Shown piece after piece: positions 44,912 to 54,818 of a DNA stretch of 64,000 bases. Both the position numbers and the translations under genes were made by a program. This stretch comes from Acidimicrobiales bacterium (GTDB lineage: Bacteria > Actinomycetota > Acidimicrobiia > Acidimicrobiales > Bog-793). Position 1 is the first letter of the stretch; each line of letters opens with the position of its first letter. The stretch is from assembly GCA_049510975.1 (NCBI GenBank), contig JBEKYM010000003.1:103011-167010 (forward strand). The letters run 5' to 3'. The notes below the pieces were generated by a model. That model had not been told where the DNA came from. It worked only from the letters and a program-made list of their open reading frames with translations, and made no database searches.

Positions 44912-45910
44912 TCAACCGTGCAGGTCGAACACCACGGCGGCGTTGGACGTCGACGCCTGCGCCACATCGGCGTCTTCCAAACCTTTGAGAGTGGCGATCT
45001 GGGCACCGACGAGGGGAACGTACGACGGCTCGTTCGGCTTGCCCCGGTGAGGAACCGGCGTCAGAAACGGCGAATCCGTCTCGACAAGCAGCCTGTCGAG
45101 CGGGCACACCGTTGCCGCCGCCCGAACCGCCGCCGCGCTCGGAAACGTGACGATCCCACTGAAGGACAAGTAGGCGCCACGCTTCAAGCAGGCTTGCGCC
45201 TCCTCGGTCCCGCCGGTGAAACAGTGAAACACCAGCCGCGGGGGCAGCCCCTCCTTGTCGAGGATCGAGAACGTGTCCTCCCACGCCTCCCGCGTGTGGA
45301 TCACAAGCGCCAGGCTGTACTGGTGGGCGAAGGCGATCTGAGCCGCGAACGCCTCCCGCTGCATCGGCCGAGGCGAGTGGTCGTAGTGGTAATCGAGACC
45401 GCACTCCCCCACCGCCACGACCCGGGACGCCGCCAGTCCCGACGCCGACAGCTCGCGCAGGAACCGGCCCACGCCACCGATGCCCGTGCTGGCGTCGTGC
45501 GGGTGCAGGCCGACCGTCGACCACACCTCGACGGGCGGAGCACCGGAGCCGGTGAGACGAGCGGCGGCGGCGGCCGCTTCGCGCGACGTCGTCTCGTCCG
45601 TGCCGACAAAGACCATCCGCCGAGCCCCCGTCTCCCTGCTCCGCTCGAGGACGCTTTCGACATCGTCGGACGACTGCAAGTGGCAGTGGCTGTCGGTCCA
45701 GAGCGGCAGCCCAGCAAGACGATCGACGCGCTCGGCCTCCAGTCGCTCGGCCTCGAGCCGCTCGCCCTCCAAGCGGGCCGCTTGCAGCCGGTCCGCCAGC
45801 TCGGCGCCGATGTCGGGCTGGCCGGGGAAGCCGGCATTGCTCGGCGAAGCTTGCTCCGCCTCCGCTTCGCGACGGCGACGACCACCGAAGAGACGTCCGA
45901 GTCCGCTCAT
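44912..45910 (-). CDS. TatD-family metal-dependent hydrolase with a repeat-containing N-terminal extension
   Basis: The ATG at 45910 overlaps the metG stop (ATGA). DSHCHL, GECGLDYH and ETDSPFL motifs. Confidence 0.85.
   Translation of the reverse strand: MSGLGRLFGGRRRREAEAEQASPSNAGFPGQPDIGAELADRLQAARLEGERLEAERLEAERVDRLAGLPLWTDSHCHLQSSDDVESVLERSRETGARRMVFVGTDETTSREAAAAAARLTGSGAPPVEVWSTVGLHPHDASTGIGGVGRFLRELSASGLAASRVVAVGECGLDYHYDHSPRPMQREAFAAQIAFAHQYSLALVIHTREAWEDTFSILDKEGLPPRLVFHCFTGGTEEAQACLKRGAYLSFSGIVTFPSAAAVRAAATVCPLDRLLVETDSPFLTPVPHRGKPNEPSYVPLVGAQIATLKGLEDADVAQASTSNAAVVFDLHG
45730..45774 (-). repeat. 15-bp tandem repeat x3, in frame (RLEGE-RLEAE-RLEAE)
   Basis: GCTCGGCCTCCAGTC / GCTCGGCCTCGAGCC / GCTCGCCCTCCAAGC. 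Confidence 0.85.
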
Positions 45911-47445
45911 TCTGCTTCGACCTTCCGACGAGGGAACAGTGGCGTACCTTTCTCGACCAGCAGCCCGCCCGGGTAACCGCCCCACGCGAGCACGCCGTTG
46001 TCGCCGGCGTTGCCGGGCGCTCCGGGAGAGCCGTCGATGCCGAGGCGCCGCCAGATCTCCGCCGCCGTCTCGGGCAGCACCGCCGAGATGAGCACGGCCA
46101 CGATGCGGAGCACTTCGAGGGCGTCACCGAGCACGCTGTCAACCTCTGGACCGGGTTCCAGCTTCCACGGCTCGACGGCCTCGAGCTCGGCGTTGGCGGC
46201 GCGGATCAGGCGCCACGTCGTCTCGAGGCCTTCATGTGGCGCGAAGGCACGCCAGTGGGCGACCGCCGCTGGTGTCAGCTCGGCTGCCGTCTTCGCGAGA
46301 TGCGATCCATCAGCAGCACTCCGAGGGGCCGGGCCGATGCCTCCGCACTTCGATGCCACGACCGTGGCGACCCGCGACAGCAGGTTGCCGAGGTTGTTGG
46401 CGAGATCGGAGTTGTATCGGGCGATCATGCCCTCGTAGCTGAACTCGCCGTCGGACCCGAGCCCCACATCGCGCAACAGGTAGTAGCGGACGGCGTCGTT
46501 GCCGATGTCGGCGGCCAGCTCGACCGGGTAGATCTGGTTGAAGGCGCTCTTGGCCATCTTCTTGCCGCTCACGAGAAGAAACCCGGTCACCACATACGAC
46601 GCCGGCGGATCGATCCCGGCAGCCATGCACATTGCCGGCCACCAGACGCAGTGAAAGCGGATGATGTCCTTGCCGATCAAGTGGCAGACGGCCGGCCACC
46701 ACGTCTCGAAACGCTCCGGATCGTTGCCGTATCCGATCGCCGAGATGTAGTTGACGAGGGCGTCGTACCACACGTAGAAGACGTGCCCCTCGTCCCAGGG
46801 CACCGGGATCCCCCAGTCGATGGACGTGCGGGTGATCGAGATGTCCTGCAGCCCGCCGCGGATGATCCCAAGGGCCTCGTTGCGCCGAGTCTCGGGGAAG
46901 ATGGCCTGGGGGTGGGCGTCGTACCATTCGAGGAGCCGCTCGGAGAAACGGCTCAGCTCGAAGAACCAGTTCTCCTCGGTGAACCACTCGACGGGCCGCT
47001 CGTGCACGGGGCAGACCTGGCCGTCCAACAGATCGGCCTCGTTGTAGTACGCCTCGCACGAGACGCAGTACCAGCCTTCGTAGACGCCCTTGCGGAGATA
47101 ACCGTTGTCGTAGATGGCCGTCATGAACGCCTGCACGCTCTCGTGGTGGCGCTTCTCGGTCGTGCGGATGAAGTCGTCGTTGCCGATGCGCAACTCGACC
47201 CAGGCGTCCCGGAATCGCTGCGAGGTCTGATCCGTCCAGTCCTGCGGGCTCATGCCGTTCTGCTCGGCCGAGCGCAGCACCTTGAGGCCGTGCTCGTCGG
47301 TGCCCGTGAGGAAGAACACGTCGTCGCCCTCGAGACGGTGCCACGCCGCCAGCGAGTCGGCGACGATGGTGGCGTAGCCGTTGCCGAGGTGAGGAACGTC
47401 GTTCACGTAGAAGATCGGCGTCGTCACATAGAAGCGGCCGGCCAT
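45907..47445 (-). CDS. metG: Methionine--tRNA ligase
   Basis: HIGH-type PHLGNGY and KMSKS-type KMAKS motifs, plus an anticodon-binding C-terminal domain. Confidence 0.95.
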   Translation of the reverse strand: MAGRFYVTTPIFYVNDVPHLGNGYATIVADSLAAWHRLEGDDVFFLTGTDEHGLKVLRSAEQNGMSPQDWTDQTSQRFRDAWVELRIGNDDFIRTTEKRHHESVQAFMTAIYDNGYLRKGVYEGWYCVSCEAYYNEADLLDGQVCPVHERPVEWFTEENWFFELSRFSERLLEWYDAHPQAIFPETRRNEALGIIRGGLQDISITRTSIDWGIPVPWDEGHVFYVWYDALVNYISAIGYGNDPERFETWWPAVCHLIGKDIIRFHCVWWPAMCMAAGIDPPASYVVTGFLLVSGKKMAKSAFNQIYPVELAADIGNDAVRYYLLRDVGLGSDGEFSYEGMIARYNSDLANNLGNLLSRVATVVASKCGGIGPAPRSAADGSHLAKTAAELTPAAVAHWRAFAPHEGLETTWRLIRAANAELEAVEPWKLEPGPEVDSVLGDALEVLRIVAVLISAVLPETAAEIWRRLGIDGSPGAPGNAGDNGVLAWGGYPGGLLVEKGTPLFPRRKVEAE

Positions 47446-47454
47446 GAAACGAGC

Positions 47455-48351
47455 CTACCGATCCAGCGCCTCGCCCCGAGGCGAGGCAGCGGATCGGATG
47501 GCCGCCTCGTACACCACGCTGCGGGCGATCCCGAGGCGCCCGGCCACGTCGCGAACGGCGTCACGGCGGGAGGCGCCTGCGGCCACGACGGCCTCGACGG
47601 CGCCGGCGAGCTCCTCAGTGCTCAGTTGCGCCGCCGCCTGCTCGGAGGGATCCGCCCCGTCGATCACGAGCACGAACTCTCCCCGCGGCGTCGCCTCGGA
47701 GTAGTGGGCGGCTGCCTCCCCGAGGCTCGATCGCCGCACCTCCTCGTGCAGCTTGGTCATCTCGCGGCAAACGGCGAGGCGCCGCCCGGCTCCGCAGGCG
47801 CCGGCGAGATCGACCAGGGTCGCCGCCAGCCGCTGGGGGGACTCGTAGCAGACGCTCGGGCACGGCGAGGCGGCGATGTCGGCGAGCCGGCTCCGGCGCT
47901 CAGCGCCCTTGCGCGGCAGGAACCCCTCGAACCTCCAGCGCGACAGCCCCATCCCCGAGACGACGACAGCCGCCAGCACGGCAGACGGCCCTGGGACGGC
48001 GCTCACCCGCACGCCGGCCTCGGCGGCGGCGGCCACGAGGCGCTCGCCCGGGTCGGAGACGGCCGGCGTGCCGGCGTCGCTCACGAGCGCCACCGTCTGG
48101 CCGGCGGCGAGCTCCTCGAGCAGATAGGCGATGCGCTCGGCCTCGTTGTGCGCATGGAGCGAGAGGAGGCGCCGCGTCGTGATCCCGAGTCGTTTCAACA
48201 TCGTTCCCGTGTGGCGAGTGTCCTCGCAGCAGACGATGTCGGCCGCCGACAAGGTGGCAGCCGCCCGTGGGGAGAGGTCGCCGAGATTGCCGATCGGCGT
48301 GGACACGAGCACGAGCTCCCCACCGGCGGGACTGCCGGAGGGGACGCTCAC
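47455..48351 (-). CDS. rsmI: 16S rRNA (cytidine1402-2'-O)-methyltransferase
   Basis: GTG at 48351 overlaps the upstream stop. TPIGNLGDLSPRAAATL ... CCEDTRHTG. Confidence 0.9.
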   Translation of the reverse strand: MSVPSGSPAGGELVLVSTPIGNLGDLSPRAAATLSAADIVCCEDTRHTGTMLKRLGITTRRLLSLHAHNEAERIAYLLEELAAGQTVALVSDAGTPAVSDPGERLVAAAAEAGVRVSAVPGPSAVLAAVVVSGMGLSRWRFEGFLPRKGAERRSRLADIAASPCPSVCYESPQRLAATLVDLAGACGAGRRLAVCREMTKLHEEVRRSSLGEAAAHYSEATPRGEFVLVIDGADPSEQAAAQLSTEELAGAVEAVVAAGASRRDAVRDVAGRLGIARSVVYEAAIRSAASPRGEALDR

Positions 48352-48677
48352 TCCTTGATCTCCAGGTGGTCGCCGACCTTGAGGCCCCAACGCTCGAAGG
48401 CACCTGCCTCGGCCTCGAGCACCGACCTCGCCGTGAGGCGAGGACGGGCCATCGAATGCCGGCGCAGGGTGACGGTGTCGACGACGACGAGCTCCTTGTC
48501 CAAGAAGGCGACGTCGATGGGAAAACGCATCCCCACCGAGTGCACCCCTCGCGTGTGGGTGAGCAGCATCGCCCCCGCTGTGCCGGAGCGACCGAGCAGG
48601 CCCCGGTTGCGAGCCAGGAACGTCTCGGCGATCTCCAGACTCGCCAGCACCTGCCCGTCGCACAGCAGCCATGCCAT
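48348..48677 (-). CDS. DUF192 domain protein
   Basis: Start ATG at 48677. RFPIDVAFLDKE ... VLEAEAGAFERWGLKVGD. Confidence 0.65.
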   Translation of the reverse strand: MAWLLCDGQVLASLEIAETFLARNRGLLGRSGTAGAMLLTHTRGVHSVGMRFPIDVAFLDKELVVVDTVTLRRHSMARPRLTARSVLEAEAGAFERWGLKVGDHLEIKE

Positions 48678-48722
48678 AGGGGGATTCTGGCATGCGAAGC
48701 GCCCGCTACACTCTCCGGCACT

Positions 48723-48806
48723 GTGTCGAAGCGAACCACGAAGCGGAAGCTCCGCAAGAAGAAGAAGGCCAACCACGGCAAGAAGCCGAACTGCGGCAGG
48801 GGCTGA
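48723..48806 (+). CDS. Large-subunit ribosomal protein bL37 (27 aa)
   Basis: VSKRTTKRKLRKKKKANHGKKPNCGRG carries the KANHGK[RK]PN signature of actinobacterial bL37. It is hidden inside a long shadow ORF (48267..48806). Confidence 0.7.
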   Translation: MSKRTTKRKLRKKKKANHGKKPNCGRG

Positions 48807-48853
48807 GCCGCAGCGCTCTGCCTTTCGAGACGCTCCGGCCCCGAACCGCTGCT

Positions 48854-49714
48854 CTAGCGGCGCCAGGCGGTTCCTCGTTCTTCCAGCACTTCGGCCAACA
48901 AGCTCGGCACGTCCGAGATGATCCCGTCGACGCCGAGGTCGAGCAGCCGTTCCATCTCCTCCCGATCGTTGATCGTCCACGGGTGGACGGCAAATCCGGC
49001 CGAATGAGCTTGCTGCACGAAGGTCTCGTCCACGACGAGTAGGTCCTGGTACCGGGACGGCACCTGCAGTGCGACGAACCGCTGCAGCGCCTCGGGCGGT
49101 TGCTCGCCGGCGTGGATGGCGCGATAGAACTCCGCCACCGCCAACGTGCCGGCCGAGGTGGCGATCTCTGGGGCATAGGCGGTGAACCGCTCCGTGGCGC
49201 CGTCGATGAACGAGGCCACGATGACGTCGTCGGTGCGCTCGTGCTGGCGAATCAGATCCGCCAGCAGATGCTCGTATCCCGGCACCTCGGGATCGGTCCG
49301 CTTGATGTCGAGGTTGAGGGCCACTCCCGGGGTGAGCTCGAAGATCTCGGCGAGGGTGGCGATCCCGTAGTCGTGATCGGCGGGAGCAAGCCCTCGCAAG
49401 GGGTAGTCCTCCGGCTCGCGATCGGGCTGCACGTCCTCGCCGGGCACGAACCAGTAGGAATTGTCGAGCTCGAGCAGCTCGGCGAGCGTGTGCCGGGCGA
49501 TCTCCCCGGTGGTGTTCGTCGTCCGATCGAGGGTGGGGTCGTGGCAGACCACGAGCTGGCGGTCCGCCGTGGCATGCACGTCGAGCTCGATGGCGGTGGA
49601 GCCGTGAGCGATTGCCTCGCGGATGGCGTGCAATGTGCTCGACGGGTTCTCGATCGCCCCGCCTTGATGGGCATAGCAGATGACGCGACGTTCCAACCAG
49701 GGGTTCTCCCTCAT
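48854..49714 (-). CDS. Glycerophosphodiester phosphodiesterase (GDPD family)
   Basis: YAHQGGA ... ELDVHATADRQLVVCHDPTLDRTT ... VHPWTIN. Confidence 0.85.
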   Translation of the reverse strand: MRENPWLERRVICYAHQGGAIENPSSTLHAIREAIAHGSTAIELDVHATADRQLVVCHDPTLDRTTNTTGEIARHTLAELLELDNSYWFVPGEDVQPDREPEDYPLRGLAPADHDYGIATLAEIFELTPGVALNLDIKRTDPEVPGYEHLLADLIRQHERTDDVIVASFIDGATERFTAYAPEIATSAGTLAVAEFYRAIHAGEQPPEALQRFVALQVPSRYQDLLVVDETFVQQAHSAGFAVHPWTINDREEMERLLDLGVDGIISDVPSLLAEVLEERGTAWRR

Positions 49715-49788
49715 GGTTCGTGTCTACCAGGTCGTCCCGCCCGAGTCGGCCATGATCGGGCGCCGGCGGGAACTAACGTCGGCTCGCC

Positions 49789-50394
49789 ATGATCGATCAC
49801 ATCCTCCTCGACGTCATCGGAGCGATCCGGGAAGCCTTCGAGGGCGCTCTGCTGGAACAGCAGGCGGTCGAGGAGCGCTTCCAGATCGACGTCTTCCTCG
49901 GCGACCTGTCGTTCGAGACCTCCTACAGCCTGCCCGGCGAGGGCAACCCGGCCCGCGTGCGAGCCGACCTCACCCTCGACTGGCCGACGTGGAGCCAAAG
50001 TGCCTACCGGTCGTGGTCGATCGGCGAGACGCCGGCAGAGCCGCCGGAGCTCATCATGGAGCTGGCCTTCCGGCTGCAGCACCTCGTGGGCGCGCCCGAA
50101 GTCGGCAACGTCCTGTCCGTGCTCGACCCTGAGGGACCGGAGATCGGCACCGAGCGCCTGGAGCGGGCGGCACCGACCCTCGAGCAGTCCTTCGACGGCA
50201 TGCCAGAACCGACCTGCGCGTTCGAGGTCGCCTACCAGGGGAGCCTTCGCCTCGACGACGGCGTCCTCGAGGACCCGTCCAAGCTCGACGACCAGATCGC
50301 CGGCCTCGCCCGCTGGGTGGCGAGCGCTCTCGTGCGCCTGGCCGATCTCCACTTGGCGTTCCGTCCCCCCGAGGAGGACAGCCACCCCGCCTGA
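49789..50394 (+). CDS. Acidic hypothetical protein
   Basis: High third-position G+C and an intact 201-aa ORF. No motif recognised. Confidence 0.5.
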   Translation: MIDHILLDVIGAIREAFEGALLEQQAVEERFQIDVFLGDLSFETSYSLPGEGNPARVRADLTLDWPTWSQSAYRSWSIGETPAEPPELIMELAFRLQHLVGAPEVGNVLSVLDPEGPEIGTERLERAAPTLEQSFDGMPEPTCAFEVAYQGSLRLDDGVLEDPSKLDDQIAGLARWVASALVRLADLHLAFRPPEEDSHPA

Positions 50395-50407
50395 GCGGGA
50401 TGGCGAG

Positions 50408-51445
50408 TCAGGCCGGCGACAGGAGCTTGCCGGCGGCCTCGCGCAGGCTGACGGCCGGGCGCGCCCCGAGGTGACTGATCACTTCGGCCGCAGCAAAGCT
50501 GCCGACTCGGAGGGATGCTTCGGGACCGAGCCCGTGGGTGAGCCCGTACAGGCATCCGGCTGCGAACAGGTCGCCGGCTCCCGTCGTGTCCTCCACCCGA
50601 GCCACCGAGTCCGCCTCGATGACGACTTCGTCGTCGGGCAGGATGACCATGGCGCCGGCGGCGCCGAGCGTGACGACCGCTGCCGAGTCGGCCCGGCGCA
50701 GCCTCGAGGCCGCCTCGGCCCGCGTGCTCGCCCCGGTCAGCATCATGGCCTCCTCCTCGTTACCGAAGAGCAGGTCGACGGCGCCGCCGAAGACGAGATC
50801 GCGGATGCGGGCGGCATGGCGGTCCACCACGAGAGGATCTGACAGCGAGAGCGACACAAGTGTCGACGAGGCGTGCGCCAGCTCGACCGCCCGAGTGAGC
50901 GCGGCCGATGCCAGCGGAGGGTCGAGCAGGTACCCCTCGAAGTAGACGATCTTCGCCTGCGACACTTGCGCCCGCTCGACGGTCTCGACCGCCAGTTCCC
51001 CGGCGGCTCCGAGGCTGGTGGCCATCGAGCGGTTGCCCCCGTCGGAGATGAGCACATGGCAGACGCCCGTGGGCCCGCCGCTCGCCACCGTGGCGACGGT
51101 GCAATGCACTCCAGCGGCTTCCAGGTCGGAGGCGTACCACGACCCGGGCTTGTCGTCCCCGACGGCCCCGGCGAAGGCCGGGCGGCCACCGAGCGAGGCG
51201 ATCCCGGCAGCGGTGTTGGCCGAGCAGCCGCCTGCGACCTGCTCCCAACCGTCGAAGGCATCCTCGATGTCGCCGGCGCGCTCGGCGTCGACGAGAGTCA
51301 TCCCGCCGGCGTCGATGCCGGCGGCGCTCACGTGTTCGAGGGTCGCATACACGAGCCGGTCCACGAGGGCGTGGCCGAGGCAGAGGACGTCGATCGGCCG
51401 CTCGGACAGAGTGCCTGCGGGAAAGGGCCAGCGATGATCGAACAC
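50408..51445 (-). CDS. PfkB-family sugar/nucleoside kinase
   Basis: VLCLGHALVD ... TTGAGDLFAAG. GTG at 51445 is preferred, because the longer ORF would overlap the pepN start. Confidence 0.8.
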   Translation of the reverse strand: MFDHRWPFPAGTLSERPIDVLCLGHALVDRLVYATLEHVSAAGIDAGGMTLVDAERAGDIEDAFDGWEQVAGGCSANTAAGIASLGGRPAFAGAVGDDKPGSWYASDLEAAGVHCTVATVASGGPTGVCHVLISDGGNRSMATSLGAAGELAVETVERAQVSQAKIVYFEGYLLDPPLASAALTRAVELAHASSTLVSLSLSDPLVVDRHAARIRDLVFGGAVDLLFGNEEEAMMLTGASTRAEAASRLRRADSAAVVTLGAAGAMVILPDDEVVIEADSVARVEDTTGAGDLFAAGCLYGLTHGLGPEASLRVGSFAAAEVISHLGARPAVSLREAAGKLLSPA

Positions 51446-51504
51446 GGCTCGTGACGGTAGCGGCTGCGAACCACGTCCACACACTGCGGCACTAGCCTTC
51501 CGGC

Positions 51505-54150
51505 ATGACGATCGAGATCGGCAAGGACGCCGACTTCCGGCTGCCACGAACGGCCCTGCCGCGGCGGTACGCCCTGTGGCTGTCTCCCGACCTTGGTACC
51601 GCCACGTTCACGGGCACCGTCGCCATCGAGCTCGACATCTCCAGCCCGACTTCGGAGATCGTCTGCAACGCCGCCGAACTGGCGCTGTCGGGGGCGACCC
51701 TGCGCGCCGCAGGCGCCGCCGAGGCCACGTCGCTCGACGTCCAGCTCGACGAGCGCCTCGAGCGGGCGCGTTTCTCGGCTCCAGCACCGATCGAGCCCGG
51801 CTCCTACGTACTCGAGTGCGCTTTTGCCGGCGTACTGAACGACAAGCTGCGGGGTTTCTATCGGAGCCGGTTCACCGACCCCGAGGGCACCGAGCACTGG
51901 TTGGCGACGACCCACTTCGAGTCCACCGACGCCCGCCGCGCCTTCCCATGCTTCGACGAGCCGGACATGAAGGCCGTCTTCTCCGTCGCCCTCGACATCG
52001 ACGAGGACCTCTTCGCCGTCTCCAACGGCCCGGAGGTTTCCGTCACCGCCACCGGCGACGGGCGCAAGCGGATCGTGTTCGAGGACACGATCGTGATGTC
52101 GACCTATTTGGTGTGTTTCGTCGTGGGCCAGCTCGAGGCGAGCGAAGCGGCCTACTCCTGCGGCGTTCCCATCCGGGTCGTCACGCCTGTCGGCAAGCTC
52201 CACCTGACGCCGTTTGCCCTCGAGGTCGCCGTGCACGCGCTCCAGTGGTACACGACGTACTTCGGCCTGCCCTACCCGGCGGCAAAGCTGGACCTCGTCG
52301 ACGTGCCGGACTTCGCCCAGGGGGCGATGGAGAACCTCGGATGCGTGACCTTCCGGGAGACCGACCTGCTCTGCGACACCGCCACGGCCTCGGTCTCCGA
52401 GCTCACGCGCATCGCCGAGGTCATCGAGCACGAGATCGCCCACATGTGGTTCGGCGACCTCGTGACGATGAAGTGGTGGAACGGCATCTGGCTGAACGAA
52501 GCTTTTGCGACGTTCATGAGCATCTGCTGCCTCGACGATTTCCGGCCCGAGTGGCGCCGGTGGGTGTCCTTCGGCCGGGAGAAGGACTACGCCCTCGCGA
52601 TCGACGCCCTGCACTCCACCCGCCCGATCGAGTTCGACGTGCGCGCCCCGGACGAAGCCGAGGCGATGTTCGATGCCCTCACGTACCTAAAAGGCGGCAA
52701 CGTCCTGCGGATGCTCGAGCAGTACCTCGGCACGGAGCGCTTCCGCGACGGCGTTCGCCGGTACCTCAACACCCACCAGTACGGCAACACCGAGACGACC
52801 GACCTCTGGGATGCCATCGAGTCCGCCGCCGACGGCGAGCCCGTGCGTGCCCTCATGGACAGCTGGATCTTCCAGGGTGGGACGCCGCTCGTGACGGCCC
52901 GCCGTAACGGCGACGAGCTCGAGCTCACCCAGGAGCCGTTCTCGTGGCTCCCGCCCGAGGAGCTCGATCCCGACGGCGAACCGTCTGCCATCGGCGACAA
53001 CTGGATCATCCCCATCCGGGTGGCCGAACGGCCGCTCGGGGTCACCCCGTCGCCGGACGGCGGGCCAGGCGAGGTGCGAGCCGTGCTGCTCGGCCCGGCC
53101 CCGTATGCGACCGAGCCGCTGCGCCTCCCGATCGGGGACGGGCTTGCCGTCGTCAACGCCGGCGGTTCGGGCACCTACCGCCTCCGCTATCACGGGCCTC
53201 TGCTCGAGGAGATCTGCTCCAACCTCGCCAGCCTCACGGCGCTCGAGCAGTTCAACCTCGTCTCGGACATGTGGGCGGCCACGCTCGCCAGAGTGTCCAC
53301 GCTCGACGACTTCCTGGCGCTCGCCCGCAGCCTCAAAGGCGAGGACGACCCGAACGTCTGGGGCATCGTGATGAACGCCGTCGGGATGCTCGACCTCGCC
53401 GTCGCCCCCGAGGATCGCCCCGCCCTCGAGCGGTTCGTGCAGAAGCTGTTCGCTCCGGAGCTGCTGCGGTTGGGTTTCGAGCCGGTGGCAGGAGAGACCC
53501 AGGAGATCGCCCGGGCTCGCTCCGCCTTCATCTCGATCCTCGGAACCGTCGGCGCCGACCAGGACGTGCGCTCCAGCGCTCAGGCCGCCTTCGACGCCGC
53601 CCGCCTCGGTGGCGCCGCCCTGCCCGGCGACACGGCCGAGTCCATCCTCCAGGTCGTGGCCTATGCCGGCGGGCGGCCCGAGTTCGAGGCGATGCGAGAC
53701 CGCGTCCTGCACCCGGTCGACCCGATCGACCAGTCCCGGCACCTGTTCGCCATCGCCAATACCCGTGTGCCCGAGCTCGCCGCCGAGCTTCGTGAGATGT
53801 GCCTCACCGAGGTGCGCAGCCAGGACGCTCCCTACGTTCTGCGCGTGCTCCTCGGGGGGACCGCCACGGGGCCATCGACGTGGGACTTCATCGCCTCGCA
53901 CTGGGACGAGCTGCGGGACCGCTACGCCACTCACGCCGTGCCCGGCATGCTCGGGGGCATCCCCCGCCTCGCCGACGTCGACGCCGACGGCGTCCCCATC
54001 CTCGCCGGCGCCGTGCGCGCCTTCCTCTCCGAGCACCCCCTCGGTGGTCATCAGCGGATCATCGATCAGCACCTCGAGCGGTTGTCGGTGAATGTGGGTT
54101 TTGTGCGGGAGCAGCGGCCGACGCTCGGCGAACTGCTCGCCAAGTCCTGA
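51505..54150 (+). CDS. pepN: Aminopeptidase N (M1 family)
   Basis: GAMEN exopeptidase motif and HEIAHMWFGDLVTMKWWNGIWLNEAF (HEXXH-18-E). Confidence 0.95.
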   Translation: MTIEIGKDADFRLPRTALPRRYALWLSPDLGTATFTGTVAIELDISSPTSEIVCNAAELALSGATLRAAGAAEATSLDVQLDERLERARFSAPAPIEPGSYVLECAFAGVLNDKLRGFYRSRFTDPEGTEHWLATTHFESTDARRAFPCFDEPDMKAVFSVALDIDEDLFAVSNGPEVSVTATGDGRKRIVFEDTIVMSTYLVCFVVGQLEASEAAYSCGVPIRVVTPVGKLHLTPFALEVAVHALQWYTTYFGLPYPAAKLDLVDVPDFAQGAMENLGCVTFRETDLLCDTATASVSELTRIAEVIEHEIAHMWFGDLVTMKWWNGIWLNEAFATFMSICCLDDFRPEWRRWVSFGREKDYALAIDALHSTRPIEFDVRAPDEAEAMFDALTYLKGGNVLRMLEQYLGTERFRDGVRRYLNTHQYGNTETTDLWDAIESAADGEPVRALMDSWIFQGGTPLVTARRNGDELELTQEPFSWLPPEELDPDGEPSAIGDNWIIPIRVAERPLGVTPSPDGGPGEVRAVLLGPAPYATEPLRLPIGDGLAVVNAGGSGTYRLRYHGPLLEEICSNLASLTALEQFNLVSDMWAATLARVSTLDDFLALARSLKGEDDPNVWGIVMNAVGMLDLAVAPEDRPALERFVQKLFAPELLRLGFEPVAGETQEIARARSAFISILGTVGADQDVRSSAQAAFDAARLGGAALPGDTAESILQVVAYAGGRPEFEAMRDRVLHPVDPIDQSRHLFAIANTRVPELAAELREMCLTEVRSQDAPYVLRVLLGGTATGPSTWDFIASHWDELRDRYATHAVPGMLGGIPRLADVDADGVPILAGAVRAFLSEHPLGGHQRIIDQHLERLSVNVGFVREQRPTLGELLAKS

Positions 54151-54217
54151 ACTCCGCCGGTGCCGTGCGGTCCCGAGCGGGCTGCCCGGCCCCATCGAGA
54201 TCCACGGCTGGTGCGCC

Positions 54218-54811
54218 GTGAACCTCGCCATCGCCGCAACGACCATGGTGCTCGTCATCCCCGCCGAGCTCCCCGACAAGACGTTCATCTCCTGCGTCGT
54301 GCTCTCGTCGCGCAACCGGGCACTGCCGGTGTGGCTCGGGGGCGCCATCGCCTTGACACTGCAGGCACTGCTCGCCGTGGTCGCCGGCGGACTGCTGGCG
54401 CTCCTCCCCCACACCGCCGTCCGCATCGTCATCGCCGTGCTGTTCATGGCTGGAGCCGCCTACCTCATCTTCGTGCCAGAGAAGGCGGCGGAGGAAAAGG
54501 GCGAGCGCCTCGGCGACAAGGCTGCCGTCGCCGTCTCGGACTGGCGGGTGTTCTTCACCACCTTCACGATCGTGGCGCTGGCCGAGTTCGGTGACATCAC
54601 CCAGGTCCTCATCGCCAACCTCACGGCTAAGTACCGTGATCCGGTGGGTGTGTTCGTGGGGGCGACGGTAGGTTTCTGGATCGTGTCGGGCTTGGGAGTG
54701 CTGTCCGGCAAGACGATCGTTCGCGTCGTCCCGCTGGCGTTCGTCCGCCGGCTCTCCGGCGTCGTGCTCCTCGGCTTCGGCATCTTTACGATCGTGAGCC
54801 TCGTCAAGTGA
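54218..54811 (+). CDS. GDT1/TMEM165 (UPF0016) family cation transporter
   Basis: Two E-x-G-D-[KT]-[ST]-type motifs (ELPDKTF and EFGDITQ) in antiparallel halves. Confidence 0.8.
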   Translation: MNLAIAATTMVLVIPAELPDKTFISCVVLSSRNRALPVWLGGAIALTLQALLAVVAGGLLALLPHTAVRIVIAVLFMAGAAYLIFVPEKAAEEKGERLGDKAAVAVSDWRVFFTTFTIVALAEFGDITQVLIANLTAKYRDPVGVFVGATVGFWIVSGLGVLSGKTIVRVVPLAFVRRLSGVVLLGFGIFTIVSLVK

Positions 54812-54818
54812 GGCGGCG

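Noticed and set aside
46234-48921. 895-aa ORF on the + strand, the longest on the track.
   Set aside because: It is antisense to metG, rsmI and DUF192, all of which carry clear catalytic motifs. Its product is Arg/Gly/Ala/Pro/Val-rich with no motif. This is a typical high-G+C shadow frame. Only its last 27 codons (bL37) look real.
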